Source: Alphaproteobacteria bacterium
GTDB lineage: Bacteria > Pseudomonadota > Alphaproteobacteria > SP197
Reading direction: 5' to 3'
Length of the DNA stretch: 64,000 nucleotides
NCBI GenBank assembly: GCA_016869675.1
Contig: VGDP01000010.1
Coordinates: 5,090-69,089 of the forward strand
This document shows positions 1-9,794 of the stretch, piece after piece. The number at the start of each line of letters is the position of its first letter. The first letter of the stretch is position 1. Made by a program: the position numbers and the translations under genes. The notes under the pieces are model-generated. The model saw nothing but the letters and a program-made list of their open reading frames with translations. It had not been told where the DNA came from and made no database searches.

Positions 1-1
1 C

Positions 2-343
2 GGTGCGCGCGCGCTCGGGCGCGGCGACCTGGGCCGGCTGGCGCCCGGCGCCGCGGCCGACATCGTGATCGTCGACTTCGCGCGCCTGCGCATCGGCCCC
101 TTGCTCGACCCGATCCGCGCGCTGATCCACTGCGGCAGCGGCGAGATGGTGCGCCACGTCGTCGTCGCCGGGCGCGACGTGATCGCCGACGGCCGTGTGC
201 TGGCCTGGGACGAAGGTGCGCTGCTGGCCGCCGTGCGCCGCTCGACCGAGGACGCCTGGTCCCGCTTCGCCGACTACCACGCCGGCACGGAACCGCTGGA
301 CGCGGCGTACCCGCCCTCGTTCCGCCGGCTGGGCGGCACCTGA
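2..343 (+). CDS. amidohydrolase family protein, C-terminal fragment; 5' end lies outside the window
   Basis: The frame is open from the window edge. The C-terminal motif LGRLAPGAAADIVIVDF resembles the conserved amidohydrolase C-terminus (G-x-L-x-x-G-K-x-A-D-L-V-x-D). Stop at 343. Confidence 0.45.
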   Translation, partial: GARALGRGDLGRLAPGAAADIVIVDFARLRIGPLLDPIRALIHCGSGEMVRHVVVAGRDVIADGRVLAWDEGALLAAVRRSTEDAWSRFADYHAGTEPLDAAYPPSFRRLGGT

Positions 344-356
344 GCCGCACAGGCCC

Positions 357-3300
357 ATGAACCTGATCCGCCACGCCATCCAACGGCCCGTCGGCGTGGC
401 CGCGCTGGTGCTGATGGTCGTGCTGTTCGGTCTGATCGCGCTGGCGCGCATCCCGATCCAACTCGCCCCCGACGTGCGCCGGCCGATCATCTCGATCGAC
501 ACGGACTGGCCGGGTGCCTCGCCCGAGGAGGTCGAGCGCGAGATCGTCATCCGCCAGGAGAACGCCCTGCGCGGCCTGGAAGGGGTGACCAAGGTCTCGA
601 GCTCGGCGCAGTTCGGCGGCGGCTCGATCACGCTCGAGTTCGGCCTGGACCGCGACATCAACCGGTCGCTGCTGCTGACCGCCAACAAGCTCGACCGCGT
701 GGCCGATCTGCCCGAGGAGGCCGACGAGCCCAGCCTGAGCACCGCGGGCAACGAGGACACGCCGATCGTCTGGTTCGTCATCCGGCGCGCCGAGGGCAAC
801 GACCGGCCGATCGAGGAGTTCGGCAGCCTGATCAACGACGTGGTCAAGGATCGCTTCGAGCGCGTGCCGGGCGTGGCGCGCGCCAACATCTTCGGCGGCC
901 GCGAGCGCGAGGTGCGCATCGTCGTCGATCCGTTCCGCATGGCCGCGTACCGCCTGACCATCACCGACGTGATGGCCGCCCTGCGCGCCGCCGACGCTTC
1001 GATCACGGCGGGCTGGGTCGACGAAGGCAAGCGGCGCTACGTGGTGCGTACCGAGGGCGATTTCGACACGGTCGAGGACATCGCCAACGTGGTGTTGCGC
1101 GTCGACCAGGGCGGCGGCACGGGCCGGGTGGGACGCGTGCTGGTCGGCGACATTGGCCGCGTGGTGCACGACTACGCCGAGCCCCAGTCGTGGTTCCGCG
1201 CCCTGGGCGAACCGGCCATGTCGGTCAACGCCGTGCGCGAGGCCGGCGCCAACGTGCTGGATGTCATGACCGGCCTGCGTGCCGCCGCGGACGAACTGAA
1301 CGCCGGGCCGCTGGGTAACGCCGGGCTCTACATGGCCCAGACCTACGACGAGACCGTCTACATCGAGTCCGCGATCGACCTGGTGCGCGACAACATCTGG
1401 ATGGGCGGCGCGCTGGCCGCGGCCGTGTTGCTGCTCTTCCTGCGTTCGCTGCGCGCGACCCTCGTCGTCGCGCTCGCCATGCCGGTCTCGATCATCGGCA
1501 CGTTCATCGCCATGGTCGCCGTGGGCCGCTCGATCAACGTGATCTCGCTCGCCGGCATCGCCTTCTCGGTCGGCATGGTAGTCGACGCCGCGATCGTCGT
1601 GCTGGAGAGCATCCATCGCCAGCGCGAGCGCGGCCGTGGCACGCTCGAGGCGGCCGAGCACGGCGCCCGTCTCGTGTGGGGCGCGGTGCTGGGTTCGGCG
1701 CTGACCACGGTGGCCGCGTTCGTGCCCATCCTGCTGATGGCCGACGAGGTCGGGCAGCTGTTCCGCGACATCGCGGTCGCCATATCCGTCTCGACCCTGC
1801 TCAGCCTCGTCGTCGCGGTGACGGTGATCCCCCCGCTGGCCGCGCGCCTGCTGGGCGATGCCGCGCTGTCGCCGGTGCGCATCCCCGTGATCGACGGCTT
1901 CGCCGATGCCTTCGCCGCCGCGGCGCTGGCCCTGACCCGCGCCGTGGTGCGCAGCCGCGCGCTGGCGCTGCTGCTGGTCGCCGGGCTGTGTGGCGGCGCC
2001 GGCGTCGGGACATGGCTGTTCCTGCCCGACCTGGAGTATCTGCCCGAGGGCAACCGCAACATGGTGTTCGGCTCGGTGCAGACGCCGCCCGGCTACAACC
2101 TTGAGACGGCGATCGACATCGCCCAGCGGGTCGAGGACGCGATCCGGCCGCAGTGGGCGAGCGAGAGCGGCCCCGAATCGGCGCCCGGCGAACCGCCCAA
2201 GATTCAGTACTTCTTCATCTACGCGCGGGCCGAGCGAAGCTGGTTGGGCGCGGTCTCGGTCGATCCTCTGCGCGCCGGCGACCTAATCCCGGTGCTGACC
2301 GGGCCGGTCCTGGGCGAGCCTGGCACCTTCGCGTTCTTCGGCCAGGCTTCGCTGTTCGGCCGCGGCCTCGGCGGCGGCCGGTCGATCGACCTGGACATCG
2401 GCGGCGGCACGATCGAGGAGCAGCTCGCGGTGGCGCGGCGCGCCGCCGTGCTGGTCGAGGGCGTGCTGCCCCAGGTGGACGGCAACCAGATGCGGCCTAA
2501 CCCGGGGCTCGAGCTCGGCGCGCCGGAGATCCGCGTCGAACCCGATCCGGTGCGCCTGGCGGACGCCGGGCTGTCGACCCGCGCGCTGGGCACCAGCCTG
2601 GACGCGTTCACGTCGGGTGTGCGGGTGTCCGAGATCGAGTTCCGCGGCCGTCGTGTCGACCTCTTGCTGGGCGGGCCCGAGTGGCGCGCCACGCGCACCC
2701 AGGGGATCGGCGAGATCCCCGTGGTCACGCCCGACGGGCAGGTGCTGCCGGCCTCGGCGCTCGCCGACATCGCCCTGACCGCCGGTCCGCAGGTCATCCG
2801 TCGCGAGGAGCGCGAGCGCATCGTCACCCTGCAGATTCGCCCGGCCGACACCATGCCGCTCGAGACGGCGATCGAGCGCATCGAGGCGGGCGTCATCGAG
2901 CCGCTGAAGGCCGAGGGCCTGCCGCCCGGCGTGCGCCTCGGCCTGTCGGGCACGGCGGACAAGCTGACGGAGACCTGGGGTCTCATGCAGACGAACCTGC
3001 TGATCGCCGTGGCCGTGGTGTTCCTGGTGATGGTCGTTCTGTTCGAGAGCTTCCTCTATCCCTTCATCATCATGCTGTCGGTGCCGCTGGCGACCGCGGG
3101 CGGTGTCGCCGGGCTGGCGCTGCTCAACGTCTTCACGTTCCAGGCGCTCGACATGCTGACGCTGCTGGGCTTCGTCATCCTGATCGGCACGGTGGTCAAC
3201 AACGCCGTGCTGATCGTGCACCAGACGCTCACGCACATGCGCGAAGGCGGCCTGGACCCCGAGGCCGCCATCCTGGCGGCGACGGGCGACCGGCTGCGGC

Positions 3301-3506
3301 CGATCTTCATGTCGACACTCACCAGCGTGGTCGGAATGCTGCCGCTGGTGCTGTTTCCCGGCGCCGGGTCCGAGCTCTACCGCGGCCTGGGCTCGGTGGT
3401 CGTCGGCGGCCTGTCGCTGTCGGCAATCCTGACCATCGCCGTGATCCCGCCCCTGCTGGCCATGACCGTACCGCGCCGGCGGGCCGTGCCGGCCCAGGCC
3501 GCATGA
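357..3506 (+). CDS. RND efflux transporter permease (AcrB/HAE1-like), about 1050 aa
   Basis: ATG at 357 (MNLIRHAIQRPVGVAALVLMVV, an N-terminal TM segment). The rest of the sequence is typical of 12-TM RND pumps with large periplasmic loops. The ORF-track start at 195 is an upstream in-frame extension that overlaps the previous gene. Confidence 0.85.
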   Translation: MNLIRHAIQRPVGVAALVLMVVLFGLIALARIPIQLAPDVRRPIISIDTDWPGASPEEVEREIVIRQENALRGLEGVTKVSSSAQFGGGSITLEFGLDRDINRSLLLTANKLDRVADLPEEADEPSLSTAGNEDTPIVWFVIRRAEGNDRPIEEFGSLINDVVKDRFERVPGVARANIFGGREREVRIVVDPFRMAAYRLTITDVMAALRAADASITAGWVDEGKRRYVVRTEGDFDTVEDIANVVLRVDQGGGTGRVGRVLVGDIGRVVHDYAEPQSWFRALGEPAMSVNAVREAGANVLDVMTGLRAAADELNAGPLGNAGLYMAQTYDETVYIESAIDLVRDNIWMGGALAAAVLLLFLRSLRATLVVALAMPVSIIGTFIAMVAVGRSINVISLAGIAFSVGMVVDAAIVVLESIHRQRERGRGTLEAAEHGARLVWGAVLGSALTTVAAFVPILLMADEVGQLFRDIAVAISVSTLLSLVVAVTVIPPLAARLLGDAALSPVRIPVIDGFADAFAAAALALTRAVVRSRALALLLVAGLCGGAGVGTWLFLPDLEYLPEGNRNMVFGSVQTPPGYNLETAIDIAQRVEDAIRPQWASESGPESAPGEPPKIQYFFIYARAERSWLGAVSVDPLRAGDLIPVLTGPVLGEPGTFAFFGQASLFGRGLGGGRSIDLDIGGGTIEEQLAVARRAAVLVEGVLPQVDGNQMRPNPGLELGAPEIRVEPDPVRLADAGLSTRALGTSLDAFTSGVRVSEIEFRGRRVDLLLGGPEWRATRTQGIGEIPVVTPDGQVLPASALADIALTAGPQVIRREERERIVTLQIRPADTMPLETAIERIEAGVIEPLKAEGLPPGVRLGLSGTADKLTETWGLMQTNLLIAVAVVFLVMVVLFESFLYPFIIMLSVPLATAGGVAGLALLNVFTFQALDMLTLLGFVILIGTVVNNAVLIVHQTLTHMREGGLDPEAAILAATGDRLRPIFMSTLTSVVGMLPLVLFPGAGSELYRGLGSVVVGGLSLSAILTIAVIPPLLAMTVPRRRAVPAQAA

Positions 3507-5068
3507 CGCCGCCGTTCGACACCCTGGGCGCCGCGCTAGCCGGTGCCGCGCGCGCGGACGGCGCGGCCGAGGCCCTGATTTTCCCGCACCAGGACCGGCG
3601 CCTGAGTTTCCAGGCGTGGCACGCGACGTCCGCCGCGCTGGCGCGGGCGCTGGCGGCACGCGGCTTCGCGCCCGGCACGCGCGTCACGCTGCTGGCCGAG
3701 AACCGCATCGAGTGGCCGATCGTCCAGTTTGCCGCGGCGCTGGCGGGCCTCGTGCTCGTACCGCTCAACACCCACTGCCGCACCGAGGACCTGGCCGACG
3801 TGCTGGGCCGGTCGCGCGCGCGGGCGCTGTTCCTGTCGCCCGTGTTCCGTTCCAACCGGTACCTGGAGATGGCGCGCGCCGTCGCGGGCGCGACCCCCGA
3901 CCTCGAGCTCGTCGTGCCGTTCGACGGCGAGCCCGCGTTCGAACGGCTGATCAACGAGGGCGCGCGATCGGCGGCGCTGCTGCCGACGGTCGCGGCCGCC
4001 GACGTGGCCGGCCTGCTCTACACCTCGGGCACCACGGGCCGGCCCAAGGGCGCGTTGCTCAGCCACGCGGCGATGCTGGCGGATTCGTGGGCCAGCGCCA
4101 CGCGCCTCGGCGTGCGCGCCGGCGACCGCTGGACCTCGATCGTGCCGCTGTTCCATTGCGCCGGCTGCATCATGAACATGGTCGGTTGTGTGCAGGCGCG
4201 CGCGGCCTACGTGGGCGTGCCTGCCTTCGACGCCGAGACCATGTGCCGGGTCATCGCGGCGGAGCGCTGCACGATTCTGACGGGAGTACCGACGTCGTAC
4301 CTGGCCATGCTCAACCACCCGGGGCGCGGCCGTCACGACATGACGTCGCTGCGGCTCGGCACGTGCGGCGGCGCCGACGCGGATGCCGCGATCCTGGCCG
4401 CGTGCGCGCGCGACTTCCCGTGCCCCGGCCTGGTCCAGGTCTACGGCATGACCGAGACCTCGACCCTGGTTGCCGCCGCGGCGCCCGACGATCCCGAACG
4501 CCACACCACGGCCGGCGAACCGCTGGACGGCGTCGCGGTGCGCATCACCGACCCGACGAGCCGCGCGGTGCTGCCCATGGGCGCGGTCGGCCAGGTCGAG
4601 GCGCGCGGCACGCCGATTATGGTGGGCTACGACGACGATCCGGCGGCGACGGCCGAGGTGCTGGGCCCCGACGGCTGGCTGCAGACCGGCGACCTGGGCC
4701 GGCTGACGCCGACCGGCCGGCTGCAACTGGCCGGCGGCCGGCTGCGCGACATGATCATCCGCGGCGGCGAGAACATCTACCCGGTCGAGATCGAACGGGT
4801 GCTGCTGCGCCACCCGGCGGTCGAGGACGTGGCGGTGTTCGCGATCAAGGACGCCTACTACGGCGAGGCGGTGGCCGGTGCCTTCCACCTGCGTGGCGTC
4901 GTGCGCGCGACGGAGTTGCAGGCGTTCTGCGCCCAGCGCATCGCGCGCTTCAAGGTGCCGGCCCAGCTCTACCGCGTGGATACCTTTCCGCTGACCGCCA
5001 GCGGCAAGGTGCGCAAGGTCCAGCTCCGTGCCATGGCCGAAGCCGGGGAACTGCCCGCGCTGCCTTAG
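3503..5068 (+). CDS. AMP-dependent acyl-CoA synthetase/ligase
   Basis: Start MTPPFDTLGAALAG overlaps the RND stop (ATGA). Motifs seen: YTSGTTGRPKG (AMP-binding P-loop), GYGMTE, and GDLGRL...RLKDMIIRGGENIYP. The ORF-track frame 2681..5068 carries a spurious N-terminal extension. Confidence 0.8.
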   Translation: MTPPFDTLGAALAGAARADGAAEALIFPHQDRRLSFQAWHATSAALARALAARGFAPGTRVTLLAENRIEWPIVQFAAALAGLVLVPLNTHCRTEDLADVLGRSRARALFLSPVFRSNRYLEMARAVAGATPDLELVVPFDGEPAFERLINEGARSAALLPTVAAADVAGLLYTSGTTGRPKGALLSHAAMLADSWASATRLGVRAGDRWTSIVPLFHCAGCIMNMVGCVQARAAYVGVPAFDAETMCRVIAAERCTILTGVPTSYLAMLNHPGRGRHDMTSLRLGTCGGADADAAILAACARDFPCPGLVQVYGMTETSTLVAAAAPDDPERHTTAGEPLDGVAVRITDPTSRAVLPMGAVGQVEARGTPIMVGYDDDPAATAEVLGPDGWLQTGDLGRLTPTGRLQLAGGRLRDMIIRGGENIYPVEIERVLLRHPAVEDVAVFAIKDAYYGEAVAGAFHLRGVVRATELQAFCAQRIARFKVPAQLYRVDTFPLTASGKVRKVQLRAMAEAGELPALP

Positions 5069-5069
5069 G

Positions 5070-5732
5070 TTACCGTTTCCGCGCGAGCGTCAGGCCGTCG
5101 CTGATCGGCACCATGCTGACGTCGACGCGCTTGTCCTTGTGCAATTTGCGGTTGAGCGCGCGGATCGCGCGGGTGTCGGCGTCGCGCTTCGCCGGGTCGA
5201 TCACCGCGCCGTCCCACAGCACGTTGTCGATGGCGATCAGGCCGCCCTTGCGCACCAGCTTCAGGCAGCGCTCGTAGTAGGCGTCGTAGTTGGCCTTGTC
5301 CGCGTCGATGAAGGCGAAGTCGAAGGTGCCCGCGCCCTTCGCCTTGATCAGGCCGTCCAGCGTCCGGGTCGCCGGGGCGAGCCGGAGATCGATCTTCTTC
5401 GCGACACCCGCCTTCGTCCAGTAGCGCCGGGCGATCGCGGTCCATTCCTCGCTGACGTCGCAGGCGATGATGCGCCCGCCCGGCGGTAGGCCCAGCGCGA
5501 CCGACAGGCTGGAGTAGCCGGTGAACACGCCGACCTCGATGGTACGCTTGGCGCCGATCAGCTGCACCAGCAGGCGCATGAACTGGCCCTGGTCCGGGCC
5601 GATCTGCATCATCGCCATGGTCAGCTTGGCGGTCTCGGCGCGCAGGCGCGCCAGCACCGGCGGCTCGCGGACCGAGACCGACAGCAGATAGTCGTAGAGC
5701 GGGGCGGGCAGACCGATGGTGCGCGGCGACAT
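5070..5732 (-). CDS. class I SAM-dependent O-methyltransferase (caffeoyl-CoA OMT-like, family 3)
   Basis: Start MSPRTIGLPAPLYDYLL. Motifs: IEVGVFTGYSSLSVA and FDFAFIDADKANYDAYYE. The gene is convergent with the acyl-CoA ligase, with adjacent stops. Confidence 0.75.
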   Translation of the reverse strand: MSPRTIGLPAPLYDYLLSVSVREPPVLARLRAETAKLTMAMMQIGPDQGQFMRLLVQLIGAKRTIEVGVFTGYSSLSVALGLPPGGRIIACDVSEEWTAIARRYWTKAGVAKKIDLRLAPATRTLDGLIKAKGAGTFDFAFIDADKANYDAYYERCLKLVRKGGLIAIDNVLWDGAVIDPAKRDADTRAIRALNRKLHKDKRVDVSMVPISDGLTLARKR

Positions 5733-5758
5733 GGCAGGCCTCCGATGCCGGGACGTCG

Positions 5759-6517
5759 CTATTGGTACGTACCGCCCGCGTCGGAGTCGAGCACGATGGT
5801 CGCGATCGTGCAGTTGCGCGGCCGCGTGATGGCGAACTGCACCGCCTCGACGACGTTGCGCTCGTTGATCTTGGCCGCTTTCGGCTGGGCCGCGGCCGCG
5901 TTCCACGCCGCGCCGTCCAGGGGCGAGAGATCCTCGATGTCCGGCGGGTAGACGCCGATGACCCGGATCGGCGTGCCGGCCATCTCCTGGCGCAGGCCGT
6001 TGGTCAGGCCGGTCTGGCCGTGCTTCGCCGCGTAGAACGGCACCGAGGCGCCAAGCAATCGGGTGTTCACGACGCCGCTGGTCGAGACGATGTTGACGAT
6101 GTCGGGGGCGGCGGACTTCAGCAGGAGGGGCGCCAAGCGTTGGGTCAGCAGCGCCGCCCCCGTGATCTGTGAGTTGACCACCTGCACGATGTCCTCCGTC
6201 GTCAGGTCGGCGAGCGGCCCGGGCAGCCAGAAGGCGCCGTTGTTGATCAGCGCATCGAGACGATCAAGCTGGGCGGCGAGGGACCCGGCGGCGGCGGCGA
6301 CGCTCGCCGTGTCGGCCAAGTCGCAGGCCACGGCCAAGGGCGCGCGCCCTGTGCGCCGGGTGATGGTGTCGCGCGTGGCGGCGAGCGTCGCGGCGGTGCG
6401 CCCCAGCAGGATCAGCTCGGCACCCTGGTCGGCGAAGGCGACGGCCATGGCCTCGCCGAGACCGCGTCCGGCCCCGGTGATGGCGATGCGGCGTCCGGTG
6501 ATGTCGGTGGTGATCAT
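5759..6517 (-). CDS. SDR family oxidoreductase
   Basis: N-terminal ITGAGRGLG Rossmann motif. Typical SDR length (252 aa) and catalytic region (YAAKHG). Confidence 0.8.
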   Translation of the reverse strand: MITTDITGRRIAITGAGRGLGEAMAVAFADQGAELILLGRTAATLAATRDTITRRTGRAPLAVACDLADTASVAAAAGSLAAQLDRLDALINNGAFWLPGPLADLTTEDIVQVVNSQITGAALLTQRLAPLLLKSAAPDIVNIVSTSGVVNTRLLGASVPFYAAKHGQTGLTNGLRQEMAGTPIRVIGVYPPDIEDLSPLDGAAWNAAAAQPKAAKINERNVVEAVQFAITRPRNCTIATIVLDSDAGGTYQ

Positions 6518-6589
6518 GGTCCCCTTCGCTCCATTGCGGCCGTCGCGCGGAAACGACTAAAATCGCACGATCACGTCCAGCGGGGGGGT

Positions 6590-7858
6590 ATGGCAATGGC
6601 AAGCATGTTCACTAAGGCGCGCAAGCGGCTGAAGGCCGCCGCCCAGCATCTCGATATCGCGCCCGAGGTCGTCGAGAAGCTGAGCTACCCGAAGGAGACG
6701 CTCGCCGTGTCGCTGCTGGTGCGCATGGACGACGGCTCGCGCAAGGTGTTCAAAGCGTTCCGCTGCCGCTACGACGATTCGCGCGGGCCGACCAAGGGCG
6801 GCATCCGGTATCACCCGGACGTCTGCATGGACGAGGTCATGACGCTGGCCTTCTGGATGACCTTCAAGTGCGCCGTTGCGAACCTGCCCTACGGCGGCGG
6901 CAAGGGCGGCGTGAAGGTCGACGTGCACAAGCTCTCGAACGCCGAACTCGAGCGTCTGAGCCGCGCCTACATCAAGGCGTTCGCCAGCTTCATCGGCCCC
7001 GACCGCGACATCCCCGCGCCCGACATGTACACCAACGGCATGGTCATGGGCTGGATGGTCGACGAGTATTCGTCGACCGTCGGCTATCCCGCGCCCGCGG
7101 TCATTACCGGCAAGCCCATCGCGTTGGGCGGCAGCCTGGGGCGCGAGGACGCCACGGGCCGCGGCGGCTACTATGTCACGCGTCATCTGGAGAAGGAGTT
7201 GGGCCTCGCCCCGGGCAAGAGCCGCGTCGTGGTCCAGGGCCTAGGCAACGTCGCCTTCTGGTTCGCCAAGCTGATGGCCGAGGACGGCTACACGATCTGC
7301 GGCCTGTCGGATTCGCGCGGCGCCATCGTCGATCCCGACGGCATGGATCCCTCGGCCGTGGCCGAGCACAAGCGCAAGACCGGCCGGCTGGACGGCGCGC
7401 CCACCAAGGGCAAGGCGCGCATGATGACGAACGCCGAACTGCTGACCGCCGAATGCGACCTGCTGGTCCCCGCCGCCATGGAGAATCAGATCGTTGAGGA
7501 GAACGCCAAGGACGTGAAGGCGAAGGTGGTGCTCGAACTGGCCAACGGTCCAACGACCCCGGCGGCCGATACGATCCTCAACAAGAAGGGCGTCACAGTC
7601 ATACCCGACATCCTGGCCAATGCTGGTGGTGTCACCGTGTCGTACTTCGAATGGGTGCAGAACAAGGCCGGTTACTACTGGGGCGTCGACGAAGTCCAGC
7701 GGCGCCTGAAAGAAATCATGGAGCCCGAGGGTCGCTTGATCCACCGGCTCGCGCGCGACAAGGGCATCGACATGCGCACCGCCGCCTACGTCCACGCGCT
7801 GGACCGCATTGGCAAGGCGGTCGAGGCCCATGGCACCAAATCCTTCTTCGCCGGCTGA
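6590..7858 (+). CDS. gdhA: Glu/Leu/Phe/Val dehydrogenase family; glutamate dehydrogenase
   Basis: Motifs: KGGIRYHP, the ANLPYGGGKGGV catalytic lysine box, and the GLGNVAFW dinucleotide-binding motif. 422 aa. Confidence 0.8.
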   Translation: MAMASMFTKARKRLKAAAQHLDIAPEVVEKLSYPKETLAVSLLVRMDDGSRKVFKAFRCRYDDSRGPTKGGIRYHPDVCMDEVMTLAFWMTFKCAVANLPYGGGKGGVKVDVHKLSNAELERLSRAYIKAFASFIGPDRDIPAPDMYTNGMVMGWMVDEYSSTVGYPAPAVITGKPIALGGSLGREDATGRGGYYVTRHLEKELGLAPGKSRVVVQGLGNVAFWFAKLMAEDGYTICGLSDSRGAIVDPDGMDPSAVAEHKRKTGRLDGAPTKGKARMMTNAELLTAECDLLVPAAMENQIVEENAKDVKAKVVLELANGPTTPAADTILNKKGVTVIPDILANAGGVTVSYFEWVQNKAGYYWGVDEVQRRLKEIMEPEGRLIHRLARDKGIDMRTAAYVHALDRIGKAVEAHGTKSFFAG

Positions 7859-8008
7859 ACCCACGGACGGTTTCTGATCGCGCTTGACAAGACCCGGCGG
7901 AGGGCTTGAATCGCCCAGAAACGTGGTGTCGCCGGAAGGGGCCGCGGGCGGCTCCTTGGCACTGTCGTCAATCACTAAGCACTTCGCCAGTTCAACAGGG
8001 AGGCACCG

Positions 8009-9694
8009 ATGGTCGAGAGACGGGAAAATCATCACATCAACACGGTCCGGCGCGAGTTCGCCGAAGGCAAGCTCGACAAGCGCGAGTTCCTGCGCACCTC
8101 GACGCTGCTCGGCCTGTCGTCGGCGGCCGCCTACGCGTTCGTGGGCAAGGTCACCGGCGAGAGCATCATCCGCCCGGCGCGCGCCGACATGCCCATGGGC
8201 GGCACCATGCGCATCGCCCTGCGCACCATCGACCTGAAGAACCCGCACACGTTCTCGTGGGTCATAGACAGCAACGCTTGCCGCGGCGTCGTCGAGTATA
8301 TGACGCGCACGGGCGTCGACAACGTGACGCGCGGCTGGTTGGTCGAGAGCTGGGAAGCCAGCGACGACCTGAAGACCTGGACCCTGCATGTCCGCCAGGG
8401 CATCAAGTGGCGCAACGGCCGCGACTTCACGGCCGAGGACTGCATCTGGAACATCAAGCACTGCCTCGACGACGCCACGGGCTCGTCGGTCCAGGGCCTG
8501 ATGAAGGGCTACATGCTCGAGACGTACGAGACAGGCGAGACCGACGAGAGCGGCAACCCGAAGACCGCGACCCGTCTGTGGGACGCCAACGCCATCGAGA
8601 AGGTCGACGACTTCACGATCCGGCTGAACTGCCAGGCGGCGCAGCTCGCGGTTCCCGAGCACCTGTTCCACTACCCGTTCCTCATCCTCGACCCCGAGGA
8701 AGGCGGCGTGTTCCAGCCCGGCTCGAACGGCACCGGTGCGTTCGACCTGGTCGAGTACAACGTCGGTAAGAACGGCAAGATGGTGAAGGTCGGCTCACAC
8801 TGGTCGGGCAACGGCCCGTACCTGGACGCGATCGAGATCGTCGATGTGGGCGACGACCAGTCGGCGGCAATCGGTGTGTTGGCGTCCAAGCAGGTCCACG
8901 TGGTCGATGGCGCGGACATCATGCAGCTTCCGGCGTTCCAGAACATGCCGCACGTGCAGATCCTGACCGCCACCACGGCGCAGACCGCAGTCGCCCGTAT
9001 GCGCGCGGGCACCACGCCGCTGGCCGATGACCCGCGCGTGGTCAAGGCCATGCGCATGGCGGTGGACTCGGCTTTGATCCTGCAACTCGCCCACGCCAAC
9101 CTGGGCGCGCCGGCAGAGCACCACCACGTGGCGCCGATCCATCCGGAGTACGCGACGCTTCCGGCATGGACGCGCGACGTCGAAGGCGCCAAGGCCCTGC
9201 TGGCCGAGGCTGGCCATCCGGACGGCATCGACCTCGAGATCGCGTGCAAGCCTGACCCGGCATGGGAGCTGGCGGCGATCCAGGGCATGGTCGAGCAGTG
9301 GAAAGAAGCCAACATCCGCGTGGCAATCAACGTCATGCCCAGCGCCCAGTTCTGGGAGATCTGGGACAAGGCGCCGTTCGGCTTCACGTCGTGGACCCAC
9401 CGCCCACTGGGCGTCATGGTGCTCGGCCTGGCCTACCGCTCGGGCGTGCCCTGGAACGAGTCGAACTTCAGCAACGCCAAGTTCGACGAGCTGCTGACCA
9501 AGGCCGAGGGCTTCCTCGACGTCGAAAAGCGCCGCGAGGTCATGGCCGAGATCCAGGCGCTCATGCAGGAGGAAGGACCGATCGTCCAGCCGATCTGGCG
9601 TGCCGTCTACATTCCGGCCGACAAGTCGGTGCTGGGCATGGAGACGCACCCGACCGGCTACTACTTCTGGGAGAACTACGCGATCCAGGCGTAG
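8009..9694 (+). CDS. ABC transporter substrate-binding protein, family 5 (peptide/nickel/opine type), Tat-type signal
   Basis: The N-terminus KREFLRTSTLLGLSSAAAYAFVG resembles a Tat signal. 561 aa with a family-5 SBP fold. No permease or ATPase genes are adjacent. Confidence 0.75.
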   Translation: MVERRENHHINTVRREFAEGKLDKREFLRTSTLLGLSSAAAYAFVGKVTGESIIRPARADMPMGGTMRIALRTIDLKNPHTFSWVIDSNACRGVVEYMTRTGVDNVTRGWLVESWEASDDLKTWTLHVRQGIKWRNGRDFTAEDCIWNIKHCLDDATGSSVQGLMKGYMLETYETGETDESGNPKTATRLWDANAIEKVDDFTIRLNCQAAQLAVPEHLFHYPFLILDPEEGGVFQPGSNGTGAFDLVEYNVGKNGKMVKVGSHWSGNGPYLDAIEIVDVGDDQSAAIGVLASKQVHVVDGADIMQLPAFQNMPHVQILTATTAQTAVARMRAGTTPLADDPRVVKAMRMAVDSALILQLAHANLGAPAEHHHVAPIHPEYATLPAWTRDVEGAKALLAEAGHPDGIDLEIACKPDPAWELAAIQGMVEQWKEANIRVAINVMPSAQFWEIWDKAPFGFTSWTHRPLGVMVLGLAYRSGVPWNESNFSNAKFDELLTKAEGFLDVEKRREVMAEIQALMQEEGPIVQPIWRAVYIPADKSVLGMETHPTGYYFWENYAIQA

Positions 9695-9708
9695 CGAACG
9701 CGACGTGT

Positions 9709-9738
9709 TGGGGCGGGTCTGAGACCCGCCCCTACGGT
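9709..9738. repeat. palindromic GC-rich element GGGGCGGGTCTGAGACCCGCCCCTACGG; copy 1 of 2
   Basis: Perfect 10-bp inverted repeat with a 4-nt loop, lying between convergent genes. A near-identical copy occurs at 62732..62760. A second hairpin GAGGGGGCCttcaGGCCCCCTC follows at about 9760..9782. Confidence 0.7.
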
Positions 9739-9794
9739 CCGCAAGGACGTTTGCGAGACGAGGGGGCCTTCAGGCCCCCTCAGTTTCTTGGCCG

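Noticed and set aside
2283-3659. Long antisense ORFs inside real genes. Examples: 2283..3659, 3536..4888, 7241..8671, 9946..11601, 17260..18801, 26141..27538, 36131..38026, 38138..40528, 43027..43905, 46782..48044 and 59886..61601.
   Set aside because: Their translations are Arg/Pro/Gly-rich and low-complexity, as expected for out-of-frame reading of 70% GC DNA. Each overlaps a gene that has clear family motifs on the other strand or frame.
2681-5068. A 795-aa version of the acyl-CoA ligase ORF, and the 1103-aa version of the RND ORF starting at 195.
   Set aside because: The upstream extensions are junk frames overlapping the preceding genes. Conserved N-termini and RBS/overlap geometry place the starts at 3503 and 357.
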